From contig CM052816.1 of assembly GCA_028534125.1 (NCBI GenBank), positions 80,850,001-80,914,000 of the forward strand: a stretch of 64,000 bases of DNA, in the 5' to 3' direction. Within the stretch, counting starts at the first letter, position 1. Every line of letters starts with the position of its first letter. A program made the translations under genes and the position numbers. This stretch comes from Lama glama. Its lineage: Eukaryota. This document shows positions 50,466 to 64,000 of this stretch, piece by piece. The notes under the pieces were generated by a model, which did not search any database, was not told the origin of the DNA, and saw only the letters and a program-made list of their open reading frames with translations.

Positions 50466-51577
50466 TCAGCTTAAATTATATTGTTTCCCCTCTCCTAATT
50501 CTTACTAGTTCTCTATTGACTAATAAAGATACTCTGCCTTTTCCAGTAAAGCATTCTGAGTCTTCAATAGAATAGTCCTGATCTAGTTTTTGAAGCTTAA
50601 CCATTCTCTATATCACTTTAAACATTTTACACTCTATTGCATGTAATGATGCCCATCTGATGGATGCTATGCTCTTTTGCTCCTTTTACTCCTGCAGCCT
50701 CCTCTGATGAAATCTCTAAGATTCACCACAAATATCTTTTTTATATAGGCACTATAGTTGTTTTTTTTTTAAGGGAAGATAGTATAATGAAAAAGGCTAG
50801 TTCAAATCTCAGTCTACCACTTGTTAGCTTTTGGGAAAATACATAAACTTCTCTTCACCTTTAGTTTCTTCATCTATATAATTGAGAGGATATAATTTTT
50901 TCTTAACTTTTCTGTAAACCAATGGAAATCATATTGAAATTGTTAATTCCTTTCCTCCCTCCTTTCCGGTTCCTCCAATTTTGTTTGATGCTTCCTCTCT
51001 GATTCCACAAAGGGAGACTTCTAAAGGCTGTTTCAGACAAGGAATTAAGGAAAGTTGTGGATCTTGCCAAATATAGGTTCTGAATTTATGAATGAAAAGT
51101 AGAATTCCCATAAGCCATCCAGTCATTAAATAGACAGAAAAACCCCTGAATTTTAACATTTCTTATAGCATTTATTTAGGTCCTTATGCCGAGGGGCCTG
51201 TGTGAATTAGAGAATAAAAACTGAATGACATATTGATGAATCAATTCACAATAGAGACCTTTATCTCTGTAGTTTGTGAGTCAAATGGAAAAGCAGACTG
51301 CTCATAATTTTACATTAGAACTCTTGTATGTAGAAACATTTTTATTAGACATTTTAATACCTTTCATAATATTAACAACTATTGTAGATAGATGTCTATA
51401 GAAGAAGTGGTTATATTTTTAAACAAGTTAATTAGATTCATCAATATTTCATCAGTATTTTTCATAGCTCCATAGAAGCTTATTTAATTTTATCAATGGA
51501 AAGTCCATTGTAATTAATTCAAAATAATAAAATCTTTGTTCTTCAAATACTGGCACCCTTGTAAGACAAGGAGCTGC

Positions 51578-51953
51578 TGTATTATTCAAGATACACTATA
51601 TTATGATATGAAAACAGATTAATCTTGAAGTCTCAGTGGCTTAAAAGAATAGAATCTTATTTCTCACTCAAGTTACATGTCTGGCCCTGGTCAACAGAAG
51701 AGCTCTGATCCACATAGTCGCTTAGGCTAACAGAATCTAGCATCACAGTACAGGACCTCGTAGTTTGCACTTCAAAGGAAGCAAGAGGACAGAGAATTCA
51801 TGCCCTCTCTCCTTTGCTCTTAGAGAGTTAAAAGCCATTTCTACATATAGTCCATTGGGCAGAACTCATCATGTGTCTCCACCTAACTACAATGGTACTG
51901 GGAAATACGAGGAGCACACAGATATCCAGTGAGCTGTAAATATCTCTGACACA
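51578..51953 (-). mobile_element. MaLR LTR (MLT1I/J-like)
   Basis: 'tctcagtggcttaaaa...ttatttctcactca...tccattgggcagaactcatcatgtg...tctctgacaca'. Confidence 0.7.
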
Positions 51954-52130
51954 GTTATAATAGAATCTAGACCCATCCAAGGTAATTATTGGGAAATACA
52001 AGAAGTGATATAAATCAAAGGATTTATTTAAACTACAGCATCCTTGGGATGTGGAAGGAGGTTCCCTCTGAGTATGTAAGTGAGATTAGATGGATCCTGT
52101 GCACAGATGTTTGTCCTTTTTCATGAATGT

Positions 52131-52559
52131 TGCTTGGAGAAAATTCTCACTGGATATCATATTTCTGCACACCTTGCAAGCAGAAGAACTGACTTCTTTT
52201 GTTCTAGACTAACTCTCTAAAGATGTTTGTACAGTGAATAGCCTTGGGAATGTTTCACTCTGGAGCAAAAGACATGCATGCTTACTTTCTACAATAAAAT
52301 ATTTGGGTTCCCTAAGCTCAGGATTTTCTTCTTGTATTATGGAAGATGAGCATCCATCTGGACCCATTTGTGTTACCCTTGTGGAAATTGAGGCAAGGGA
52401 AACTGATGCATAAAATTCTGGTACTCTGACTATTTCTATTGTATGATTTGTCCTCTACCCTGGAGTCTTGTTTTCTTCCACCAGCATCTATGTGACTGGT
52501 GGGTAAACTTATTACTTTGTAAGAAGGCTAAAATCTCAGGCCCTTCATGATTCTTGATA
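52131..52559 (+). mobile_element. ERVL solo LTR (LTR40-like)
   Basis: 'atttctgcacaccttgcaagcagaag...gggttccctaagctcagg...aaaatctcaggcccttcatgattcttgata'. 5-bp TSD AATGT (52126-52130 / 52560-52564). Confidence 0.85.
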
Positions 52560-53004
52560 AATGTTTATATAGTAAACACATCTAATACAACCAACAAATG
52601 GTTGATAAAAATTCTAAAGGTTAATTTACTTAACAAGTATAAGTTATGTCCATAGTATCTGTGAAATATGATACTAGATATTAGATAATATAAAGATGAA
52701 AAGGAATGGCTCTTGTATTTGTCTAGTTGGAAGACATACATGGAAAGAACAATTATAATACAGTATCAGAATAATTGTAATAAAATGGTGTAAAAAATGC
52801 AGGGACATTAAGGAGGAAGTGTAGTCCAGTCCCCTTGGGGAGGCTTTACATTGAGGAGAGAGTATTTTAATTGACAGGTGAGATGAATGTGAGTTCACCA
52901 AATGGTCAAGAAGAGGATAAGACTTCCAGGCAGAGAAAAATCGTGAATAAAGCTCGGAGTTATTGCCTTTTTGGGGAACTGCAAGCTGTTCAGCATGGCT
53001 GAGG

Positions 53005-53842
53005 TTTTATTGTATTTTATTTTTTAAACATTTTTTATTGATTTATAATCATTTTACAATGTTGTGTCAAATTCCAGTGTAGAGCACAAGTTTTCAGTTA
53101 TACATGAACATATATATATATATTCATTGTCACATTCCTTTCTCTGTGATTTACTATAAGATCTTGTATATATTTCCCTGTGCTATACAGTATAATCTTG
53201 TATATCTATTCTACAATTTTGAAATCCCAGTCTATCTCTTCCCACTCCCCACCCTTTTGGCAACCACAAGTCTGTATTCTATGTCTATGAGTCTATTTCT
53301 GTTCTGTATTTATGCTTTGTTTGTTTGTTTGTTTGTTTGATTTTTGGATTCCACATATGAGCAATCTCATATGGTATTTTTCTTTCTCTTTCTGGCTTAC
53401 TTCACTTAGAAGAACATTCTTTGTTGCTGCAAATGGTGTTATGTTGTCAGTTTTTATGGCTGAGTAGTATTCCATTGCATAAATATACCACATCTTCTTT
53501 ATCCAGTCATCTGTTGATGAACATTTAGGCTGTTCCCATGTCTTGGCTATTGTAAATAATTCTGCTATGAGCATTGGGGTTCAGGTGTCATCCTGAAGTA
53601 GGGTTCCTTCTGGATATAAGCCCAGGAGTGGGATTCCTGGGTTATATGGTAAGTCTATTCCTAGTCTTTTGAGGAATCTCCATACTGTTTTCCACAGAGG
53701 CTGTACCAAACTGCATTCCCACCAGCAGTGTAGGAGGGTTCCCTTTTCTCCACAGACTCTCCAGCATTTGTCTTTGTGGACTTTTGAATGACGGCCATTC
53801 TGACTGGTGTGAGGTGATACCTCATTGTAGTTTTGATTTGCA
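53005..53842 (-). mobile_element. Young L1 3' end plus ORF2 tail
   Basis: Same tail family as 2191. Minus ORF 53293-53574 reads 'IAELFTIAKTWEQPKCSSTDDWIKKMWYIYAMEYYSAIK'. Confidence 0.92.
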
Positions 53843-55173
53843 GATTACAGTCTTAATTCATAATTATATCAGATACAAGTACCACATTTTCTTAAATGGG
53901 AAAAATCAGCTTTCCATGGTATTATCTAGGGAAGTGAATTCCCTGTCCCCTGGGAATATATGAGATAAAATACAGATAGGATAAATCTTTCTATATATCA
54001 CTGAAGTTATAAAGTTTAGGGTGACTTTTAACCCTGAAATAGCGTCACAGACAAGAGTGTTTTAAAAGTTCTCACCTGATGTTGATTAAAGCAGCTTGGC
54101 CACAGTGGATTCACTCATATTGCAAATTTTATTTCTACGAAGAAAGTGCTTGAATATTATGGTATATGCCTGAGTTTTCTACCAAAGGAATTAGAAAAAT
54201 TTATCCCTCTCATTTTGTGAGACAGTGATCAGTGACAACTCGATTATAATTGATTTAAAACGTTAATATTTGACTTTATAATAGTTCAGCCTACCACGAA
54301 CAAACCTGCAAATTTGGTAAAGTGGGCCTCCCTTTCATATTTTCCATGGATTGAATAATTAAGGTCTGGTAATTTCTTTATTAAAAATTGGTTTTAGGAA
54401 AGGATCTGAGACCCATTCAACAAACTGAAGCCCAGATGATTGCTAATAGCTAGAAAATTTTCACTTGAAAAAGAATCAACATCTTGAATTTAAACTAAAG
54501 TAAAATTTGGGCAGGAGAGAAGTGATATCCCTTAACTATAGTTGACAATCATGCCTCTACATTTGTGATATATTAGAAATTATTCATCATTCTAAATTCA
54601 CACCAAAGGAAGTTTGAATTCTTATGGAAATGTGGCAGCCTTAGGTCAATAATGCTTCTCTAGGCAAGAGATGGATTATTAAGAAAAAGAAGCTTTAAGT
54701 TTGATGAAAACAACTTTGCCTATTTTGGCCAATCAACATATGGGGACACCTTATAATGTTCAGAGCTGAAATTCAACACCAGAGGAGAAAACACATTATA
54801 TCTATCAAGGACCAGAGGTTGTAAACTTGAAACAGCTCTCTATACATTAGACTTGGAAAAAACAAATCTTGTGAAACAACAGAGAGATCCTGTGGATGTT
54901 ACTGTGTCTACATTGTTAGTAGCTTTTCTACTGAGCTTTACTGATACACACTTAGTATTTAGAACACACTTCAAATCATTAGGAAAGAAATGCCAATCAA
55001 TTACTAAATCAATTTAATAACAATTGCTAAAACAGTGATTTTTTCTAGCTTTATTGAAATATAATTGACATATTATATAGAAAACATTGTTTTAATTGTT
55101 TCAAACAAGTGTCATTCTTTCAGCATTCAAAAAGCATTGATTTTGTACTAACTAGAGGCCAGGTACTCTGTTA

Positions 55174-55372
55174 CTTTTTTTTAACTTTTTTTTTGTTGAG
55201 TTATAGTCAGTTTACAATGTTGTATCGATTTCCAGTGTAGAGCACAATTTTTCAGTTATACATGAACATACATATATTCATTGTCAATTTTTTTTCACTG
55301 TAAGCTACCATAAGATCTTGTATATATTTCCCTGTGCTATACAGTATAATCTTGTTTATCTATTTTACATAT
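55174..55372 (-). mobile_element. Young L1 3' end inserted in an L2
   Basis: 16-bp TSD gccaggtactctgtta (55158-55173) / gcctggtactctgtta (55373-55388). Confidence 0.9.
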
Positions 55373-58169
55373 GCCTGGTACTCTGTTAAATGTTAGGTAA
55401 CAAACATGAGTAAGACTTACAGGACTGATAGTTTGGGAGAGGAAACAGAAAAGAAAGTAATTGCAATAAGATGGAGTGATAGAGGGTTGCCCAGAAGACT
55501 AAAGACCAAGTTTCATTTCACGCAGAATAATCAGTCCAGGAGGAGGTATTTCTTTGTAAGATATCTTATCTACAGAAAATAGCCAATAAATATTTATAAA
55601 TGCTTGTGATATTGGAGCTAAGCACTGGTTGAAATTGTTATTCTTTCTTATACTTCCAGGCTAAAAATAAAAATTGCTTTGGAGGATATGAAATGTATAT
55701 AAAAGTACTTTATAATTTATAAAGCATGTTGCAAATATATGGCAAAATCAGTATTTGCAGATATGTGTTACACCTTGGAATACAACAGTGGTAGACAGAT
55801 TTGGTCAGACTTTGACCCTTTTTTCTGGAGGTGGACAATAGGGACCAAATTTAATAAACACAATCAGGCAAGAGAATATATTTATGTAATTTTAAATATA
55901 AGCACACTTCTAGGAAACCTCTGCCTTCTGAATTCTTGTTTTCTGGCATCATAGCCAGTATGCTTGTTTTTCTTCAGGAAGAGGACTATTTCATCTCATC
56001 TATACCCAGCTTTTAATAAGCTAGTTAATTAAGTAGAAATATTGGTTCTCAAGTAATACATTTTATTTATCATCTCAGAATTTATATTTTTTAATGAGTG
56101 TTGTCCTTTTAAAATAGTAATTTTTAAGAATTATATCCTTATTCCACTGTTGAAAATGATTTGCAAAATCATCTTTTAAACTGTATTTTAGACATCTTTT
56201 TGAAAATTTTTATTTTAAAATGACATCCAGTATGTTTCTAGTGGCAAAAAGATACAAGTTCATCATAGGATATTTGAAATTTTTGATAAACAAAATAAGA
56301 AAATTTGTACCATCTATATTCCAATCTCCTAGAAATTATAACTTTTAACAGTTTAGTTTGTACTTCTCTACTTTTTAAGAGAAAGATACTCTTTAAAAAA
56401 AGGGGTTATACTATAATATTGTTTTGAAATTTACCACCTTCAAAAATGTGGTGTGAATCTTTTTCCACCTTTGAAATTTATTATATAATGTATAGTATCT
56501 AATCAATTCTCTACTGTTGTACACATGTTGTTTCTCCTTTTTTCTATTAAAAAGAGCACTGTGGTAAACATGCTTATAACTAAAGTTTTGTTCCCATTCG
56601 GAATTGTTTCTTTAAACTAACCTACTTAAAGTAAAATTAGGTAAACAAAAAGGATGCATATAGGCTATCCCTTGGTAGTGCATGCCTGATTCCCTAAACC
56701 CTTACTAAATTCAAGCATTATTTGTAAAGCCTATTGATTTAGGAAGTAAAAAAATACTATTACATTCTCAGGAGCATTTTCTTTTTATTACTAATGTAAC
56801 CCATTATAACTCCTTTTATAAAATGAGTATATACATATATATACTGGTCATTTTATTTCTTTCATCAATTGCCTATTAGCATCCTTACTCATATTTCTGT
56901 TGATGTGTTCTTTTTTTCTTTATAGGAAGATTTTATATGTCAAGGCTAGTAAACAAAAAAAACAAAATATACATGATTTAAAAGGAATACATAGTATACA
57001 AAGTATACATGTTGAAATTATATTATCTAATTTTTTTATCTTGTTATATTTATGTCATATTTTAATGTAAAATATAATTTTTAAGTGATTATTGTTATCT
57101 TGTTATTTTAATTATTCTCAAACACTTCTTTGGATCCTTTAAACAGGTGGATTTCATGTTGAAGGAAATAGCAAAAAGTATTTGATACTGATATTCAGAG
57201 TAAGATCAAGAATGTAGTTGGGCAACGCCATTGGGAATTTTTAAAATTAAGTCATAGTGAATCATTGAGATAGCTGCTTATAGGGCTAATCAAGTGATTT
57301 TTTAAAATTAATTACTTTTATTGATATGTTGCAACATATATTAATCCTATCATATGATTAAGACTCACATAAGCCCTGTGAAGTATTTAAAAGAAACTAT
57401 AATAGTTACTTGTGTTAAGGATCCTAACACATGCTTCTGTTTCATATTTATCTAGGACCTTGATCATGTGATCTTGCTGTGAGGGTTCCAGATTGGAGCC
57501 TCTCTTGGGTTCTGTTATTGTTGACACTGTTGGATCTAGGCTGTTCATTACTACTTCTCATTGAACTATCCTTTCTTTCTCAAACACTCCCATTTGTAGT
57601 TATTTGAGGCTGGGTGTAGTTGGTGAGGCTTCCCTGTTTCTTCTCTATCCTGGCCTAATTTATTAAACAGCTTCAAGATTTTCCCTTTAATGTTCCCTGG
57701 ATAGAGCCCCACTGTCCTACCTTGGCAGATATGCACACTAAATTTATTGCCTTTAAGTCACAAAATTCATAGTTATATATTCACTGTTTAGATACTGATT
57801 TTGTTCATAGTTACAGAATACTCTGCTGATAACTTTCTTTGTGGACTTAATCTAATATTAACTTTCCTTTCGCAGGAGTAGCACCAACTTAATACCTCCT
57901 GACATTTAAAAATTCATGTACTTAAAACTTCATCATGTATTTCTTGTTGAGCCTTAAGACCACTAGCTAGTCACTTCTATATCTGGTATATGGCAGGTAT
58001 CTATATCTGGTATCTTAGCCATTTAAGTAAATAGAATAAAGCAAACTCCTTCTATAAAATGAGCAGAGCAATGTGATAACTGATAATAGTTATAAAAGGA
58101 ATAAGGTAGGTTGGAATAATTGTGGAAAGCTTCAAAAAAGAGAACAAACTTGAGATACACTTTGCAGTA

Positions 58170-58640
58170 TCTTGTATCCTTTGCTCACAATTTTTCCTTC
58201 CTTCCTTCTCCTTGCCATGAATCCTGCCCTTGTATATGACAGGACTACACTTAAATTTCCTATTGATGTTGGTTGGGATTGGTCATATGACTTGCTTTCA
58301 CAATGAAATGTGGGTGGAAGTGATTGAGTGCTAGTTCTGAACTAGGTCTTACGAAAAATCATGTATTTTTTTTTTACTCTCTTTGTGCTTCTGCCATTGC
58401 CATGAAAAGAGAATTCCCCAGTTCACTGACTACTCTGGAATAAGTCATTTAGGACAGACCTGAACCACCTCACATTTTGAGGACAAACCCAGCTAAGCAC
58501 AGCAGAAATCATCTAACCCTCAACTGATCTACAGACTTGACTTGTGAGTAGGAAAAATCAATGTTTGTTGTTATAAGCCACTGATTGAGGTGGGTGGGTA
58601 TTTGTTACTCAACATTGCAGAAATATCTGACTAATGTATA
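58170..58640 (+). mobile_element. MaLR LTR (MLT1H-like)
   Basis: 'ggtcatatgacttgctttcacaatgaaatgtgggtggaagtga...tgttgttataagccactga'. Confidence 0.7.
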
Positions 58641-58760
58641 TTGGTGAGAAATGGTTAAGTCATGAGCAAGTAGCATCTTTCTGTGTCCACTCTCACTGCC
58701 TTGTTCAGGCTTTCATCCTACTCCCTGGATTGTTTTTAAAGAATTCCGTTTTCCTCCATC

Positions 58761-59219
58761 TGTATTAGTTAGGATCACCCAATAGATGTTAGAAATTGAT
58801 CCTAAATTTACAGTGTTTCAAACACAATACAAGTGTTATACAATACAAGCTAACTTCTTGCTCACGTTACTACACTATTATAAATAAGGGGTAGGGATCC
58901 CCTTCCATGCAGTCATTCTGGAGCCCAGACTGATGGAGGCTTTTCTGTGTTTTACAAATATCTTTCAACATGGCTCTGTGGTCCATCTTCATTCCAGCCA
59001 GCTAGGGGGAAAAAGAGTATGGAAGAGAGTGAAATCTGTTTTTAATAGACTTAGCCTAGTGGTTGTGTTCATCATTTCTGCTCAACATCCTCTTTGTTTG
59101 AACTCAATCATATGGTGACATCTAGATGCAAGAAAGCCTAGAAAATGTAGGTTTAGCTGCAGAGACAGGAAAAATGAGAACATTGATTATATGGTGAGCA
59201 GCTTACAATCTCTACTACA
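58761..59219 (-). mobile_element. MaLR LTR (MLT1J/K-like)
   Basis: Starts 'tgtattagttagga' and ends 'ggtgagcagcttacaatctctactaca'. Confidence 0.65.
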
Positions 59220-60482
59220 CTATCACTTGTTTAACATGCTTTAATCTAGAGTTATTAGTCCTAAAATTCCAATGTGATATTATCTATCTGCTTAAAGTCT
59301 ATAGTCCTGGTTGCCTACAAATTCAACATCAAATTTAGCACTGTGGCTAGAGAACATTTTGTTTTTTCCAGTCTCTGGAAACATTGTAGAGACTACAGCC
59401 TCTACCCAGAACCTTCCTTCTCCTGCCTCTGCATGTCAAGAGTCCATAAATCCTTTATCCTAGCTCCAATATCTCCTCTGCTGTGGAGTCTTACCTACCC
59501 TTATTCCACTGCCCCATCTTCCCAGAATTCACTGTTCTTCTTGTAGAATTCTGTTCATATCTCTATTATAGTACTTGTTACATTGTTTAATATGTTATTC
59601 AGGTATCTAGTTCCTCAGAATACTTCGTCATCTTTGAATTCTTGGTGTAGTACCTCACATGAAGCTTGAAACACAGTTTCTTGGTGAATGTTTGTTGATG
59701 CAAGAAAAACTTCCCTGGGAGTTGAAAAGCTGTCCAAGAAATGAGGAGGCTCTCAGTTTATGACCAAAGGTTTAGTAACTAGCCTGAAACACAGAGCACT
59801 CTCATGAAGGAAGTCTTCAGGATAACTTTAATTCTTTCCCCCAAAGTGCTATCACTGAAGGGGAAAAAAACATTTTTGGAGCTGTTTTAATATGCTACTT
59901 TCTAACAGGTTCTTAAATTACACTTTTTGTGAAGAGAAAGCTGAAGGGGAGAGGACATTGAGTGAAAGGAAAATACTGAGCCAGAAGCTAAAGACATTCC
60001 AGAAATGTTATGAGAGTTAAATGTATAACTTTTCCCCTCACTTTCTGGGTTTCATGCATTTAATATAGCTTGACCTACTGAACTCATCTTGGGTTTCCCT
60101 GTGGAGGCTGTCTCTTTCAGGGCAAAGTATGTGTCTAATGAAGCAGATAGAGAAATAATCATATATACCTACCAGTTCAACAGATGTTTGTGAATTAATA
60201 AAATAATCCAGGACCTAAGTTTTCTAGTGCAATAGATAATAACAAACAGCACCATGAATCTATGCACTGAAGACCACTTTGAATGTATAGCCAATAACTC
60301 AGCTTGCTTTCTTATCATTTTGGCCTTGATGCTGAAGCTGACCAGAGATAGCTGAGTAAAATAATATCCTCATTAGACTCTACAGAGCAATGAGGGTACA
60401 TTCTCCAGAGAATTGGTCAGTAGAGACATAGACAAGGTATAAAGAGCCCTCTTCTACTAACTGGAATAGTAGTTGGCCAGAA

Positions 60483-60900
60483 TATTACTTAAGGTAGCTC
60501 TAGCTGCTGTATACAAATAAATCTACAAATCTCAATGGGTTAATAAAAAAGAGCATTTTCTCCTTATGTTGGGCAGTTCACTTAAAAATGGTGATTGAGG
60601 GATGATGGTTTCCTGGTTTCCTTTCAATGGTTTCTCCCATCTTGTGACTCTAGAAAATTCAACATAGGACTCCCAATATTGCCCTGGTGGTTGCCTCTAT
60701 CCCAGACAGTGAGAAAAGGAAAAGAGCACAGAGAATCTTGTGTGGGATATTTTTATGGGCCAGGTCTGGAAAAAGTACATATTCCTTCTGTGTCCATTCC
60801 TTTGGCTACCACAAGACCATGCCTAACTTCAAGGAAAGCTAGAAAATGTAGTCAAGCTATTGTAAGGGAGAAGGCAAGAGGTACGGTAGACAATGCCACA
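60483..60900 (-). mobile_element. MaLR LTR (MLT1J-like)
   Basis: 'ctagctgctgtatacaaat...aaatctcaatgggttaat...aaggaaagctagaaaatgtagtc...tgccaca'. Confidence 0.6.
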
Positions 60901-60949
60901 ATCCACTGATAAAATAAACATGGTTAAAAAAGAGAATAAGAAAAATTTA

Positions 60950-61589
60950 TAACCAATCCTCGTTTTTTGTAGATTCCATATTTAAGAATTCACCTGCTTT
61001 CTAAAATTTGTAACCCCAAAATCAAAACTCCCAGTGCTTTCACAGGCATTTGTGGACATCCACAGGGTAGCCAAAACATTTGAGTCATTCAACTGCACAC
61101 ATTCCCAGTGGATGTTAAACAAAGCAATGCTTGCCTTCCTGTTTTTGCTCTCATACTACAAACAAGTGTCCTTTTCACAGGCTCTTTAGTACCTTACATT
61201 TTGCATTTTTGTGCTTTTTGTTGATGATTTCACTACTGAAAATAGCCACAGAGCATAATCCCAAAGTGCTGTGTAGTGTCCCTAAGCACAAGAAGTCTGT
61301 GCTGTGCCTTATGGAGAAAATACATGTGTTTCTTTAGGCATAAAATACACTGCTATTGGCTGTGAGTTCAGTGTTAATGAATCAACAATATATATTAAAT
61401 AAGATATTGTTAAACAGAAACTCATGTAAAACAAAGTTGTGTATTGGTTGGTTGATGAAAATGTGGCCAGAGGCTCACAAGAACCTAACCCTGTATTTTC
61501 CCTAGGAGCAGTGGTTCAGTATTTGCTAATTCAGTGTTTGTAATAATTTTATAGGACATAAATACCATAAATGACAGTAATCAGCTCTG
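60950..61589 (+). mobile_element. MER82-like TcMar-Tigger non-autonomous element
   Basis: 'gattccatatt...aattcacct...tgtaaccccaaaatcaa...gaacctaaccctgtattttccctaggagca', ~640 bp. Confidence 0.85.
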
Positions 61590-61599
61590 TGTGTGTATA

Positions 61600-61602
<3 letters not shown>

Positions 61603-61644
<42 letters not shown>
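61603..61644. repeat. (TA)21 microsatellite
   Basis: Read directly from the sequence. Confidence 0.95.
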
Positions 61645-61647
<3 letters not shown>

Positions 61648-62582
61648 TACGTATTGTGTCAGCCACTGCCTCTGCATGTTGACTGTTCCAAAGGCATTCC
61701 CTACTTCCCTCTGATGTACACTAACAAAACTCTGATTGTGTTCAGACATCAGGCAAAGTACCTTGATTTCAGGTAATCTTAGCTAGCATCTAGAATAGGT
61801 TTCACTTAGCATACAGTTGTAGCTGATAAAATATAAAGGGTCTGTTTTACACTACTTCCCATCTGAAAAATATGCCTCCCATATGGTATGTGATACCTTG
61901 AGGTGCTCTAGCCCTCTTGCATCCATGAGGTAAAGGCCAAGAAAACTCCCCAAATGTTAACATAATTGAGCTGCTAAATCAATGACAGCAACTCTCTACC
62001 TCCAGACTTTTTATTTGTGCACAAAATAAACCTCTATTTTCAAACTATTGTCAGTTACATTTTTCCTTACTTACACAAGTGCTTACAGCCAAAAGCATTG
62101 CTACTTATTCACATAATACTTAATGCATTCAACAAATATTTGCTAAGAATTTACCGTATACAAGTATTATTAAAATAGTGGATATTCAGCAATAAACAAT
62201 ACAGATAAATTCATGCTCACATGGAGCTTATATTCAATGGGAAAAGATAGACTAAAAAAAGGAATACATTTTTAAGTACAGCTTTCAACTGGTTTGAAAG
62301 AAACCTATCAGATCCTTAGTAAATTCACAATTCAATCCCAACTGGTGGGAGCAGGAGAATGTGGGATACCAGAGAATGGTCTGTTGACTGGAGGTACACG
62401 AAAGGCCATGTATATGAGCATGTTACATGCAGCAAATGAAGAACATGATTAATAAGAACTCCACTCAGTGAAGATCAGTTAAAGGAGCCTTGTTGTACCT
62501 GAAATTCCCACAGAAGGAAACAGCCACCTCATGAAGGGGTAAAAGTATGATGTTAAACTGAGTTTTAAAGAGTATGAATAGG

Positions 62583-63246
62583 CTCCTGGGCTTATATCCA
62601 GAGGGAATTCTAATTTGAAAAGACTCATGTATCCCAATGTCCATAGCAGCAAAATATACAATAGCCAAGACATGGAAACAACCTAAATGTCCATTGACAG
62701 ATGGCTGGATAATGTTGTGGTATATTTATACAATGGAATACTACTCGGCCATAAAAAAGTAATATAATGCCATTTGCAACAACATGGATGGACCTAGAGA
62801 TCATCATTCTCTAGGTGAAGTGAAGTAAGCTAGAAAGAGAAAGAAGAATACCATATGATGTCACTCATATGTGGAATCTAAAAAAAGAAAAAAAGAGGAC
62901 ACTAATGAACTCATCTACAAAACAAAAACAGACTCACAGACATAGTAAACAATCTTCTGGTTACTGGGAAAAAGGGGATGGGAAGGGATAAATTTGGGAG
63001 TTTGAGATTTGCAAATGTTAGCCACTATATATAAAAATGGAATATTTATTGTATTATTTATTTGTATTTGGAAATACAAATTTCTTCTGTATAGCACAGG
63101 GAGCTGTATTCAGTATCTTGTAATAACCTTTATTGAAAAAGAAAATGAAAATGAATGTATGTATGTATATGCGTGACTGGGACATTGTGCTGTATGCCAG
63201 AAATTGACACATTGTAACTTCAGTTTAAAAAATTATTTAAAAAAAA
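62583..63246 (+). mobile_element. Young L1 3' end inserted in an L2
   Basis: 'ctcctgggcttatatcca...ccagaaattgacacattgtaac' plus an A tail. TSD core tgaatagg (62575-62582 / 63248-63255). Confidence 0.9.
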
Positions 63247-63477
63247 GTGAATAGGAGTTCGCCAAGCATAGAAAGGAATGAAGAGCTTTCCAGAGAGAAC
63301 AGGATATGTAAAGACACAGAATTGTAATGTAACATGCAGTGGTCAGTGAGCACTCCTATGTGGCTGAAGCCTTCTTTTTACTAAGAAGTGAAAAGAAATG
63401 AGGCTAGAACATTAGGTTGAGACACATGTTAAAAAAACTTTACATATCATATCGAGGGTTTTGAATTTGTCCTTTGA

Positions 63478-64000
63478 ACTCCAATACAATGTTGAATAGA
63501 AGTGGAGGAAGCAGACGTCCTTGCCTTGGTTCTAATCTTAGGGGGAGGCATCAGTTTTTACCATTTAGTGTGATGTTTGCTATGGGTTTTCCATAGGTGT
63601 CCTTTATCATGATAAAGAAATTCTTTTATATTCCAAGCCTACGAGTTTTTCATCCTAAGGGAGTATTGAATTTTGTTAAATGCTTTTTCTACATCTATTG
63701 AGATGATCATCCAGTTGTAGTCCTTTATTCTATTGATCTGGTGTATTACATTTATTGATCTTTGGATGTTTAACGAACATTTCTGAGATAAATCCTACTT
63801 TATTATGGTGTATAATCCTTTTCATAACTTACTGCATTCGGTATGGTAGTATTTTGTTTAGGATTTTTGCATTTTGTTTAGGATTGTACATTCATAAGTG
63901 ATATTAAAGTCAGTAGTTTATAAAGGCGTGATATTTATAGCAATACAAAGATCAGTAGTTATCTTGTGAGGTCTTTTTTTTAGATTTGGTATGAAGGTAA
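63478..64000 (-). mobile_element. Old L1 ORF2 fragment running off the window
   Basis: 'tacaatgttgaatagaagtgg...tttttctacatctattgagatgatcat...ttcataagtgatatt'. Confidence 0.85.

Noticed and set aside
54664..57199. Possible plus-strand exons after AG at 54663, 55659 and 57146
   Set aside because: The donors or acceptors are weak and the translations are unrecognisable, so they cannot be supported without transcript data.
215..63097. The 60-176 aa ORFs of the six-frame track as genes
   Set aside because: Those I can recognise are L1 or Tigger1 fragments (sense or antisense) or microsatellite translations. The rest show no recognisable protein family or exon context.

Overview
This is mammalian nuclear DNA: AT-rich, CpG-depleted, and intronic or intergenic. 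It is most likely from a camelid (camel, alpaca or vicuna), based on a Vic-1-type tRNA-derived SINE at 26617-26757 and several copies of a young L1 3'-end subfamily; I saw no Alu, B1, BovB or PRE-1 elements. I cannot support any intact protein-coding gene. The listed ORFs are decayed L1 ORF1/ORF2 pieces, a decayed Tigger1 transposase, or apparently chance ORFs. Much of the window is transposon-derived: L1, L2, MIR, solo LTRs (ERV1, ERVL, MaLR) and DNA transposons (Tigger1, MER2, MER82, MER20, MER5, MER94). Many of these are nested and have readable target-site duplications (TSDs). Family names come from my recall of consensus sequences, not from a database search. I found no convincing new multi-gene system. 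The best second-look items are a zero-spacer L1/L1 fold-back at ~45686, a candidate 27-nt GC-donor microexon at 17011-17037, an intact ERV1-type solo LTR with a duplicated Oct/CCAAT block, a twin-primed L1 nested in Tigger1, a muscle-type motif cluster near 43 kb and a 59-nt hairpin at 29747.
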